Part shown: positions 35,661 through 48,640 of the stretch, one piece after another
Layout: the number at the start of each line of letters is the position of its first letter
Position numbering within the stretch: position 1 is the first letter of the stretch
The notes under the pieces: generated by a model
Seen by the model: the letters and a program-made list of their open reading frames with translations, nothing else
What the model was told of the DNA's origin: nothing
Databases searched by the model: none
NCBI GenBank assembly: GCA_945936135.1
Contig: CAMESG010000007.1
Location: forward strand, 14,396 to 78,395
Source: an uncultured Mollicutes bacterium
GTDB lineage: Bacteria > Bacillota_I > Bacilli_A > RFN20 > CAG-826
Reading direction: 5' to 3'
Length of the DNA stretch: 64,000 bases
Program-made: the position numbers and the translations under genes

Positions 35661-36251
35661 ATGACGAACAACGATCCTAGACTCGCGCGCTGGGTAAAGG
35701 TCCAGGCGTACAAACACGATGGCTCACTCCATCGTCAATGGTCCCCCGCTTTTTTGGTGGAAGAGACCGATGAATACTGGTGTTTGGCGTCCAAGGCAAG
35801 TCTTGTCACCGAAGGGGACGGACGGAAATGGATGACGCACGAGAAGGCGATTTTCCTGCTGTTCAAAAAACGTTGGATGAACGTGATCGCCATGTTCAAA
35901 GAAAAACGCGGCATTTGCTATTACGTGAACATCGCTTCCCCAACCATCATGGAGGATGGGTATCTTCGTTACATCGATTACGATCTTGATGTGAAGCTTT
36001 ATCCCGACGGGGTTGAGCGGATGCTTGATGAGAACGAATACGCCCGCCACGCGAAGATGTATGGCTACCCCAAGGATCTTGAAGAGGTCATTGAAAAGGA
36101 AGCTAAGCACGTAAAGAAAATGATGGACGATCAAGAATTCCCCTTCCGCGATTCGGAAATTCAAAAACTCTATCAAGGCTTTTTGGGTGCGAATCCAATA
36201 CAGCACAGCCGACAAAGAAATGAAGAAAGCAAAGCGCTTTCGGAGAAATAA
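35661..36251 (+). CDS. DUF402 / UPF0374 nucleoside tri/diphosphatase (Ntdp, YgaC-like)
   Basis: VKVQAYKHDGSLHRQW ... YYVNIASP ... YIDYDLDVKLYPDG ... DENEY pattern typical of DUF402. Confidence 0.8.
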   Translation: MTNNDPRLARWVKVQAYKHDGSLHRQWSPAFLVEETDEYWCLASKASLVTEGDGRKWMTHEKAIFLLFKKRWMNVIAMFKEKRGICYYVNIASPTIMEDGYLRYIDYDLDVKLYPDGVERMLDENEYARHAKMYGYPKDLEEVIEKEAKHVKKMMDDQEFPFRDSEIQKLYQGFLGANPIQHSRQRNEESKALSEK

Positions 36252-36253
36252 AC

Positions 36254-36727
36254 ATGGCGAACGCAATCAAAACGTATACTTCCCCTTCCAAAGAATTTAC
36301 GCAGCGTCTTGGGGAAGTTTTGGCAAAGAGATTCGTCCCTGGCGACGTTGTGTTGTTAAAAGGGGATCTTGGTGCCGGGAAAACGACCTTTACGGGTGGC
36401 GTTGCCAAAGGCTTGGGCATTGAAGAATCGGTCATTAGCCCGACCTTCAATATCATGAAATGCTATTTTAACGGTCGCATCCCCCTTTATCACATCGATG
36501 CGTATCGCTTAGAAGGGCAGCCCATTGAAATTGGCCTCGACGAATACATCGAAGGCGACGGGGTGTGCCTCATTGAATGGCCGATGTACATCGAAAAGCT
36601 TTTGCCAGACGAATATTTGGAAATCTCCATCACCCACCAAGGCGATAACCATCGCCAATTGGTTTTGAAGGGCGTTGGAGAACGATTTGAAATGATGGTT
36701 TCATCATTGGAGGAAGTTCAAGAATGA
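36254..36727 (+). CDS. tsaE: tRNA t6A37 biosynthesis ATPase TsaE
   Basis: LKGDLGAGKTTFTGG Walker A motif, ISPTF, HIDAYRL. Confidence 0.9.
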   Translation: MANAIKTYTSPSKEFTQRLGEVLAKRFVPGDVVLLKGDLGAGKTTFTGGVAKGLGIEESVISPTFNIMKCYFNGRIPLYHIDAYRLEGQPIEIGLDEYIEGDGVCLIEWPMYIEKLLPDEYLEISITHQGDNHRQLVLKGVGERFEMMVSSLEEVQE

Positions 36728-37791
36728 ACGCCTTGTTGTTGGATAGCAGTGACAAGAATCTCACGGTTGGTCTTTTCTATCAGAAAAAAATGGATGAGAT
36801 TTCCTATTTCTCTTGGCAAAGGCAAAGCGAGAACATGGTGCCAGAGATCGATAAGATCTTGGAACGGAATGGCTGTCAGAAAGAAGAGTTGGATGCCATT
36901 GTGTGCTCCAAAGGCCCTGGCTCCTATACGGGGGTTCGCATCGCGATGAGCATCGCGAAAACGATTAGTTTTGCCTTAAACCTCCCACTCTATCTGGTTA
37001 GTTCTTTGGAAGCCCTGAAAGACGGGGATCGTCCTTCCGTTTGCTTGATGAATGCTAGAGCAAAACGCTCCTATATTGGCGTCTATCAAGGCAAGGAAGT
37101 TCTTTTGAAAGACACGATACTAACCAACGCAGAAGTTTTGGAATTCATTGCAGAACACAAAGATTATTCCATTTGTGGCGATGTTTCGTACTTGGGTTTG
37201 GAAGCAAAAGCGCCTTTGATTTGCGCGAATCTCGTTTCTTGCATCGACGATGCGCATCGTTGTCTTGAGCCTCTTGGCGCTCGCCCGATTTATCTAAAAG
37301 ACGATTACGAAGACATCTCGCACAAGATCGCGATTCGTCCGGTGAAGGATGAAGATATTCCTGCCTTAGTGGATTTGGAAAACGAGTGCTTTGAGCCTCC
37401 TTATACCGAGAATGGGCTCCGTTATGATCTCCATGAAAACGAATTCGCGAGACTCTACGTCGCGGTTCGAAAAACGGAAATCATCGGGTATATCCATTTC
37501 TCCATCACCTTTTCTTCGGCGACGATCAATCGCATCGCGGTGCGTAAAGCGTTCCGCAAAGAAGGCATTGGCGGATTGCTCCTTGATCAAGCCTTGAAGG
37601 ATTGTAAGGAAGCCGAAGAACCCGTTGATTTCCTTACCCTAGAAGTTCGTGTTTCCAATGAAAATGCGAAGGAATTCTATGCTAAACGCGGTTTTGAAAA
37701 AGTCACGATCAAACGTGCGTATTACACGGATGGCGAAGATGCATTATATATGGTGAGGCCTTTGTTCCATGAGCAAAATCTTAGCGATTGA
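36724..37791 (+). CDS. tsaB: TsaB fused to RimI-type GNAT acetyltransferase
   Basis: The N-terminal ~200 aa look like TsaB (LLDSS, GPGSYTGVRI). The C-terminal ~150 aa look like a GNAT (RIAVRKAFRKEGIGGLLL). One uninterrupted ORF. Confidence 0.85.
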   Translation: MNALLLDSSDKNLTVGLFYQKKMDEISYFSWQRQSENMVPEIDKILERNGCQKEELDAIVCSKGPGSYTGVRIAMSIAKTISFALNLPLYLVSSLEALKDGDRPSVCLMNARAKRSYIGVYQGKEVLLKDTILTNAEVLEFIAEHKDYSICGDVSYLGLEAKAPLICANLVSCIDDAHRCLEPLGARPIYLKDDYEDISHKIAIRPVKDEDIPALVDLENECFEPPYTENGLRYDLHENEFARLYVAVRKTEIIGYIHFSITFSSATINRIAVRKAFRKEGIGGLLLDQALKDCKEAEEPVDFLTLEVRVSNENAKEFYAKRGFEKVTIKRAYYTDGEDALYMVRPLFHEQNLSD

Positions 37792-38806
37792 ATCGAGCTG
37801 TGACGAAACGGCGGTTGCCATCACGGATGGCGGCAAACTTTTAGCGAATGTTGTTGCGACCCAAATTGCGGTGCATGAAAAGTTCGGTGGCGTCATGCCG
37901 GAAATCGCTTCTCGCCTTCATACCGAGAACATTACGGTTTGCTTGACGCAAGCCTTGGATGAATCTGGCCTAAAGCTAGAAGATATCGATGCTTTTGCCG
38001 TTACTCGGGGCCCTGGCTTGATTGGCTGCCTCCATGTTGGTTTACAAGCCGCGAAAACCTTGGCAATGCTCTACCATAAACCTTTGATTCCCGTTCACCA
38101 TCTCGCGGGCCACATTTACGCGAACGAGTATGTAGGGGAATTAAAATTCCCATTGCTTGCTGTCGTTGTTTCGGGTGGCAACACCGAACTCGTTTTGATG
38201 CGAGACCATATGGATTTTGAAATCATCGGTGAAACAAAAGACGACGCGGTTGGCGAATGCTACGACAAAGTTGCACGCGTTTTAGGTTTTCCCTATCCTG
38301 GCGGACTTCCGATTGATAAACATTCTAAACTTGGCGAGCACACCTACGATCTCCCAACGCCAGCTTCCCCCGCAGCGAAATACGATTTCTCTTATTCTGG
38401 CTTGAAAACGAGTGTTATCAATCTTGTTCATAGCCTCGAAATGAAGGGAGAAACGCTACGCGTGAACGATATGGCGCGTTCTTTCCAAGATGTGGCCATC
38501 GGCATGATTGTGGATCACGCGATCGAAGCGGCAAACGAATATCACGTAGCCCAAGTGATTTTGGCGGGCGGCGTGAGCGCTAATTCCTATCTTCGTTCTG
38601 AGATGACGCGTCGTTTAGAGTCTACGGGTATCGATTTGATCATTCCCCCTCTTTGGTGCACGACAGATAACGCTGCGATGATAGCGAAAGTTGCCGAACG
38701 TCTCTACGACAAGAAAGTATTTGCTCCCTTGAGTTTAGGCGTGGATCCGAACTGGAAAATCGATCACTGGAACGAATTCTTGTCGTCGGGCAAAGAAACC
38801 AAATAG
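37769..38806 (+). CDS. tsaD: tRNA N6-adenosine threonylcarbamoyltransferase TsaD
   Basis: ILAIESSCDETAVA, HHLAGH, VSGGNTEL, GGVSAN. Confidence 0.95.
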   Translation: MSKILAIESSCDETAVAITDGGKLLANVVATQIAVHEKFGGVMPEIASRLHTENITVCLTQALDESGLKLEDIDAFAVTRGPGLIGCLHVGLQAAKTLAMLYHKPLIPVHHLAGHIYANEYVGELKFPLLAVVVSGGNTELVLMRDHMDFEIIGETKDDAVGECYDKVARVLGFPYPGGLPIDKHSKLGEHTYDLPTPASPAAKYDFSYSGLKTSVINLVHSLEMKGETLRVNDMARSFQDVAIGMIVDHAIEAANEYHVAQVILAGGVSANSYLRSEMTRRLESTGIDLIIPPLWCTTDNAAMIAKVAERLYDKKVFAPLSLGVDPNWKIDHWNEFLSSGKETK

Positions 38807-39717
38807 AGTTCAATATCATCTAAACAAGCCTCTTCTAAATTTGACAAGACATAGGGAGAGGCTTTTTTAATGCGTATGTTTCCGTTCGGATCTTCAACGA
38901 GACCTAGATTTTGAAGATAAGAGGAAGGAAGATCGCAGACGGATAGGAATGTGGAAATTCCGTGTCCAGAGATTAGCCGTTTGTCTTGAATTAGAAGCGG
39001 ATACGGCTCTTTCGAAATGGAAACCAAGAACTTTTTTAGATCTCCTGTAAGCAGGTAGTTTTTCTCTTCAAAACGTGAGTAACTACGTCTCCAGGCTTGA
39101 AGGAAATCTGCCTTTTCGTCTTCGGTAAACGGAAGGTGAATTCTTTGGCTTCCGATGGTTTCCTTTATAAAGGTGAAGCATTGGCTTAGAAAACCCACCG
39201 AGAGGTTCGCTTCCTTTTGAAGATCGGCGATTTTAACAGGCTCAGCCTGTTTTAAAAGGATTCGGAAAGCGATCGCCGCATTCTTGTTTTGCGATTCAAA
39301 ATATGTTTTATGAGCTCTGCGGCCTTTGGATTTTGTCCGAGGTACACGATTTCGAATCAGTTTGCCGTTGCTTCGAAATGCAAAATTACCAGAGAAATCA
39401 AAATACCCTTTAGATGTCGCAAGGATTCTTTTCTCGACGGATAGAGGAACGTATTCGGTAATCAAAATTGAATCCTTCAACGAGTTTTCGAATGGCTTTA
39501 AGGCTGAAGGTTCGATTCTTCGATGAAATTCGTAGATGTAATGAGACTCGATCCCCCGGCAAGCGATTTTGACCTCAGAATTCTCCAAGACCAGATATAC
39601 CTTGGATTTTTGAGCTGAATTTTGAATGAACCGCCACGGAATAGAAAACATAGATAAATAATAAAGCAATAAATAAATCACGGAAAGCGTGAAAAAATAA
39701 AAACAACTGATAAACAA
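38764..39717 (-). CDS. Orphan hypothetical protein with a possible central wHTH (alternative ATG start at 39651)
   Basis: A long ORF in a lower-GC segment. No family was recognised. The segment AIAFRILLKQAEPVKIADLQKEANLSVGFLSQ looks HTH-like. The longest version starts at TTG. Confidence 0.45.
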   Translation of the reverse strand: MFISCFYFFTLSVIYLLLYYLSMFSIPWRFIQNSAQKSKVYLVLENSEVKIACRGIESHYIYEFHRRIEPSALKPFENSLKDSILITEYVPLSVEKRILATSKGYFDFSGNFAFRSNGKLIRNRVPRTKSKGRRAHKTYFESQNKNAAIAFRILLKQAEPVKIADLQKEANLSVGFLSQCFTFIKETIGSQRIHLPFTEDEKADFLQAWRRSYSRFEEKNYLLTGDLKKFLVSISKEPYPLLIQDKRLISGHGISTFLSVCDLPSSYLQNLGLVEDPNGNIRIKKASPYVLSNLEEACLDDIELYLVSLPDDKNSFQ

Positions 39718-39846
39718 AAGTAATAAAGAGATTGTGATCGATGGAAGTTTGTGTATGTTATCGACGCATTTAAAGACCTTTTTTGGGTTTCTATTCGTCT
39801 TTCTACCCGCTTTAAAATTTAAGCCGATAAGTTATACTTATTCGGT

Positions 39847-41241
39847 ATGCAACCAAAAGCCATTACTGTTAGAGAAATCTATTCTCGCTTCTCCGCCAAG
39901 GAAGATCTTACGAAGCTTGGCGAAATCTACATTTGTGGATGGGTTCGAACGAATCGCGATTCTGGATCCATCGGTTTCATTGCACTAAATGACGGGACTT
40001 GTTTTAAGAACCTTCAGCTTGTTTATTCGAATGAACTCTCTAATCACGATGAGGTGTCTCACCTTTTAACGGGCACGACCATTGGAGCAAAGGGCACGAT
40101 TGTTATGACTCCTGAGATGAAGCAGCCTTTTGAGTTCCGTGTTTCCTTCGTCGAAGTTCTTGGCACCTGCGATTCGGATTACCCGCTTCAGAAGAAACGT
40201 CACTCTTTTGAGTATCTGCGCGAAGAAGCCTATCTCCGTCCTCGTACGAATACGTTCAATGCCCTTTTCCGCCTTCGTTCGGTTTTGGCCCGTGGCGTCC
40301 ACGAATTCTTTCAAGATCGTGGATTTGTCTACGTTCACACGCCGGAAATTACGGGGAACGACGCTGAAGGGGCCGGGCAAGTTTTCTCAATCGCTACGAT
40401 GGACGAAAAAGGAAAACTTAACGACACCGATTTCTTTGGGAAACGCGCTTCGTTGACGGTTTCTGGTCAACTTCATGTTGAAGCTTTTGCCATGGCGTTC
40501 CGCGATGTCTATACCTTTGGCCCGACCTTCCGCGCTGAAAGGTCCAATACGACCCGCCACGCGAGCGAATTCTGGATGATCGAACCCGAAATCGCCTTTG
40601 GCGATCTTGAGGACGACATGAACCTCATGGAAGATAGCATCAAGTATTTGATCCGCTACGCCTTGGAAAAATGTCCCGATGAGATGGATTTCTTCAATAA
40701 GATGATTGCTCCTGGCCTTTTCGAGAAGCTTAATCGTGTCTTGGAAACGCCTTTCCGCAGAATGGAATACACGGAAGGCATCAAATTACTTCAAGACGCC
40801 GTTGTTTCCGGTCACCATTTCGACAATTCGGATATTTTCTGGGGCATGGACCTTCAATCCGAACACGAACGTTATCTTACGGAAGAAGTGGTCAAAGGAC
40901 CGATGTTCTTGATCAACTACCCGAAGGAAATCAAAGCCTTCTATATGAGAGAAAATGACGATGGCAAGACGGTTGCCGCGTGCGATTGCCTTGTTCCTGG
41001 CGAAGGCGAAATCATCGGCGGTTCTCAAAGAGAAGAACGTTATGAAATCCTTGAGAAGAAGATGAAAGAGCTAGGCAACAAAGAAGGCCTCGAATGGTAT
41101 CTCAACCTCCGTAAATGGGGCGGATGCATCCATTCTGGTTTCGGCATCGGCTTCGATCGTCTATTGATGTACATCACGGGCATTGGAAACATCCGTGATA
41201 CCGAGCCCTATCCGAGAACGAGCTCTCAATTGAAATACTAA
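39847..41241 (+). CDS. asnS: Asparagine--tRNA ligase
   Basis: Class II motifs FRAERSNTTRHASEFWMIEPE and GGSQRE, GFGIGFDRL. Confidence 0.93.
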   Translation: MQPKAITVREIYSRFSAKEDLTKLGEIYICGWVRTNRDSGSIGFIALNDGTCFKNLQLVYSNELSNHDEVSHLLTGTTIGAKGTIVMTPEMKQPFEFRVSFVEVLGTCDSDYPLQKKRHSFEYLREEAYLRPRTNTFNALFRLRSVLARGVHEFFQDRGFVYVHTPEITGNDAEGAGQVFSIATMDEKGKLNDTDFFGKRASLTVSGQLHVEAFAMAFRDVYTFGPTFRAERSNTTRHASEFWMIEPEIAFGDLEDDMNLMEDSIKYLIRYALEKCPDEMDFFNKMIAPGLFEKLNRVLETPFRRMEYTEGIKLLQDAVVSGHHFDNSDIFWGMDLQSEHERYLTEEVVKGPMFLINYPKEIKAFYMRENDDGKTVAACDCLVPGEGEIIGGSQREERYEILEKKMKELGNKEGLEWYLNLRKWGGCIHSGFGIGFDRLLMYITGIGNIRDTEPYPRTSSQLKY

Positions 41242-41747
41242 TGCCTTACGATCCAAATTCTCCCTATAACGGAAATCCTTACGGGGCGCCCATGAATCCG
41301 GGACAACCTTCCGTACCTCCAAACGATTCCTTTAATGTGCCTAATTCGCCGCAACAAGGGATGCCACAAAATGGGTACGGCCAGATGCCCCCTCAAGGAC
41401 AAAACTACGGACAGCCTTATCCGCAGCAAAACGGATACGGTTCGCAAATTCCCGCGCAAAACCCCTACGGACAATCCGTTCCTCAACAAGGATATCCGAA
41501 TCAAATGTTACAAGGGCAGGGGTATATGAATCCGCAACAAGGCATGCCAAACCAAAACGGATATTATGGTGCTCCTACGCCCACGATGCCTCCTTTCGAA
41601 GGGAGAACCGAACCGGAGAAGAACGATGAAACCATGCGTGTAGAACGCATGAGAAAGCGTTTTTTCTGGCTGCTCGTCGGTTTATCGCTTGTCGTCGTTG
41701 CCTTCTTGATTTGGGAAGTTGTAGATCTTATCGGCGGGTTCCATTGA
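41241..41747 (+). CDS. P/Q/N/G/Y-rich low-complexity protein with a C-terminal TM anchor
   Basis: TAATG overlap with the asnS stop. About 130 aa of PQ-rich sequence with reiterated QNGYG-like motifs, then FFWLLVGLSLVVVAFLIWEVV. Confidence 0.5.
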   Translation: MPYDPNSPYNGNPYGAPMNPGQPSVPPNDSFNVPNSPQQGMPQNGYGQMPPQGQNYGQPYPQQNGYGSQIPAQNPYGQSVPQQGYPNQMLQGQGYMNPQQGMPNQNGYYGAPTPTMPPFEGRTEPEKNDETMRVERMRKRFFWLLVGLSLVVVAFLIWEVVDLIGGFH

Positions 41748-41760
41748 GGACCCGCTTTCC

Positions 41761-42423
41761 TTATTCTCCCGGCGGGAGTGGCTTATCGGGCGTGACGTGG
41801 ACGTCCATATCTTCGCGCGCCTTGTAATCTTTCAAAGAGGATTTGAAGATGCTTCGCGAAAGGGAATCGATGCGGACATGACGCGCGATGTATCCTTGAC
41901 AGACGTAAGCATACCAAGCGATGGCGACGATAAAGAGGAAACATTCGATGTAATGGCAAAGATGTTCTAGATGGAACTCGGGATAATGATTCACGGGCGG
42001 GAAGGCCGCGATCAAAGGAAGGCCAAAGAAACTGACGATGACGCCGTCTGCGTTCCAGTCCCATCCGAAGAAGAGATCCCCGAAATCTTCGAAGATGTTC
42101 GTACCCCAATTCGCGGTCGCAAGATTTTCGATGATCCACGTTGTGAGCGCAATCAAGGCGACCAAGAAAGGCCAAAGGGAGTCGCGGAACAACGCGCGAT
42201 TGTTTTTCTTAAAGCCAAATTTTCGAAGCTCTTTAGGAGTGTTTACCACGTGAGCGCGAACCACGTTGTCAATAAAGCCTTCGGCACGATCGGCTTGTCG
42301 TTCGAAAATGTAGTGGCAAAGTCCACCAAAGAGGCCGACGAAAAGCAAGAGAATCACGAGAATGACCAAGCCGATGATCAAGGAACGGCGATCCGCTTCA
42401 GAAAGAAGAAGGACAAGATTCAT
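41761..42423 (-). CDS. Four-TM membrane protein, unknown function
   Basis: Last gene of a three-gene minus-strand operon with overlapping stop and start codons. No family was recognised. Confidence 0.5.
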   Translation of the reverse strand: MNLVLLLSEADRRSLIIGLVILVILLLFVGLFGGLCHYIFERQADRAEGFIDNVVRAHVVNTPKELRKFGFKKNNRALFRDSLWPFLVALIALTTWIIENLATANWGTNIFEDFGDLFFGWDWNADGVIVSFFGLPLIAAFPPVNHYPEFHLEHLCHYIECFLFIVAIAWYAYVCQGYIARHVRIDSLSRSIFKSSLKDYKAREDMDVHVTPDKPLPPGE

Positions 42424-42962
42424 CGTTCATTTTCCTTTCTTTCCTCGCTTGGGAATTCCATTAAAGCAGGCTTCTTTGGGGCAGCGGGAGCCACGAGGGG
42501 TGGTTCTTCCTCCACGGGCGCGATTTCAATAGGCTGCTGAACGGGTTGTTGGATGGATTGCTGATTTTGAGGAATATAAGGCGGTTGATAAGGGTTTTGC
42601 GGAGGAAATTGCTGATTTTGCATCGACATTTGCGGTGGCAATTGAGGTTGGTTCTGCTGCGGGGGTTGAACGAAATAGTTCTGTTGGACGTAGACGTTTT
42701 GAGGCTGCGGATTTTGGATGGGCGTTCCCATTTCGCTTGCCCTTTTCGCGTCTAAAGCCTTTTGGAGAATCTCCATCGCCTTCTTGTCTTCTTCATACAT
42801 CGGGAAGCAAGTCTCTCCTTTGAAGAAATGGAAAATCATGACGGCGAGCTCAACGAAGAAAACAGGGATCCCGAAAACGGCGACCAGGGCAATGCCGACA
42901 AACATGAAGGGGAGCAATATCACCCAAAGCATTCCCCAACCGAACCATTTCAAGAATTTCAT
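42420..42962 (-). CDS. Membrane protein with two N-terminal TMs and a P/Q-rich C-terminal tail
   Basis: MKFLKWFGWGMLWVILLPFMFVGIALVAVFGIPVFF..., then QNPQPQNVYVQQNYFVQPPQQNQPQLPPQ... Confidence 0.5.
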   Translation of the reverse strand: MKFLKWFGWGMLWVILLPFMFVGIALVAVFGIPVFFVELAVMIFHFFKGETCFPMYEEDKKAMEILQKALDAKRASEMGTPIQNPQPQNVYVQQNYFVQPPQQNQPQLPPQMSMQNQQFPPQNPYQPPYIPQNQQSIQQPVQQPIEIAPVEEEPPLVAPAAPKKPALMEFPSEERKENER

Positions 42963-43876
42963 GGCTTGTTTATTTTATTCTTCACGCAAAGGCGAGGCAA
43001 CGAAGCGTTGAGGGCGTTTGGGAGAAAAGAAAGGATGAAGGGGATGGAAGAAAGCAATAATCCCCGGTCTTCTAAGAGTTTGGTATAAAGGAGAGCGAAT
43101 AGGAGAATCGAAACGAAGAGAAGAACAACTTGAATGGCCCAAAGCCAAGAACGTTGATAAGGGACTTCTTCAACGAAGGCTACGACGCTCCAAAAGATCA
43201 CAAAGCCAAGGCAAAGATAACTTCCAGGCAAGAAGAAAAAGTAGCAAGGAACGCCAAGGACTAGAGATATGCCTCCGCAAAGGTATGGAAGCCAAAGAGG
43301 GTGGATCTCTTCGTTCGTTGGAAGATGGAATTTCGAAAATACGACCTTGGCAAAAAGATAGATAAGGAGCGTCTCGGCCAAACCATACGTGAAGCAGAAG
43401 AGAAGGAAAATATCTGGCGCATAGTTAGGATTCATCAAAGGGAACAAGGCAACGAAGAGATCGTAAAAGGAAAGGCCATAGATTCCTTTGCTTGTCGCTA
43501 ACGTTCCTAAAAGAAGGATGGTGCTCAAAACGCCATTGAGGAAAAGATTCAAGATCGCGGAAACGTTTTTCTTTTGTAGCAATCCATAAAGCGCCCCAAC
43601 GCACAAAGAGGGAAGCAAGTAAAAAAGCAAGGCTTGGAAATCAAAAAAAGCAACGCCCAACGACGCGCCAAAGCTCGTCAAAAGAAATAAAGGGAGGAAC
43701 TTCAAGGGGCAGACCAAAGCCACGAAAGCGGGCGCTAACGGGACGATGACCATGAGAAAGGGCGTCAAAAAAGGAAAGAAGCCTGAAACCAAGGCGAACA
43801 AGGCGACGATACCCGAGAGCAACGCCATGACGGAAATGATTTCCGCAGGTCTTGTTCGCTCTCGAAATAGTTGCAT
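42959..43876 (-). CDS. Polytopic (about 8-9 TM) membrane protein, unknown function
   Basis: First gene of the minus-strand operon. Highly hydrophobic. No family was recognised. Confidence 0.5.
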   Translation of the reverse strand: MQLFRERTRPAEIISVMALLSGIVALFALVSGFFPFLTPFLMVIVPLAPAFVALVCPLKFLPLFLLTSFGASLGVAFFDFQALLFYLLPSLCVGALYGLLQKKNVSAILNLFLNGVLSTILLLGTLATSKGIYGLSFYDLFVALFPLMNPNYAPDIFLLFCFTYGLAETLLIYLFAKVVFSKFHLPTNEEIHPLWLPYLCGGISLVLGVPCYFFFLPGSYLCLGFVIFWSVVAFVEEVPYQRSWLWAIQVVLLFVSILLFALLYTKLLEDRGLLLSSIPFILSFLPNALNASLPRLCVKNKINKP

Positions 43877-44000
43877 AAATATATTTTAAAAGGGAACGCT
43901 CCTTTTGTCTTTGTTTTTCAAAGCGCGGAAGCACCTACTTTTCGCTGGAAACGCCTACTTCCTTCTTAAAGAAGGAGGGTGGATAAGGTACAATATCAGC

Positions 44001-48282
<4,282 letters not shown>

Positions 48283-48343
48283 ACACGGGCGCAATAATGC
48301 GAAGAAACGTGTATACTTACTTGCCGAAAAAGGAGAATCGCGA

Positions 48344-48640
48344 ATGAAAGAAATCAACATGGAAGTCATTCATGATGCCGCGCATCGTTTGCTTTTCGAT
48401 ATGTCGGAAAGCGGATACGAGATGCTGCTTAAGGAATTTGACGTATTGATTCAACAGATGGAAACCATCGGAAAGATCGAAGGACTCGAAGATTATGAAC
48501 CCATGACCTTCCCCTTTGATTGCACCGTCGATGTGCTTAGGGAAGATATTCCCGAAACCCCGCTTCCTCGTGACGAAGCTTTGAAGAATGCAGGCAATGT
48601 CCAAGATCATCAGATCAAGTTGCCGAAGGTGGTGCTATGA
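48344..48640 (+). CDS. gatC: Asp/Glu-tRNA amidotransferase subunit C
   Basis: 98 aa with an AAAGGAG SD, directly upstream of gatA with an ATGA overlap. The ORF-track start at 48236 lies inside ligA. Confidence 0.85.
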   Translation: MKEINMEVIHDAAHRLLFDMSESGYEMLLKEFDVLIQQMETIGKIEGLEDYEPMTFPFDCTVDVLREDIPETPLPRDEALKNAGNVQDHQIKLPKVVL

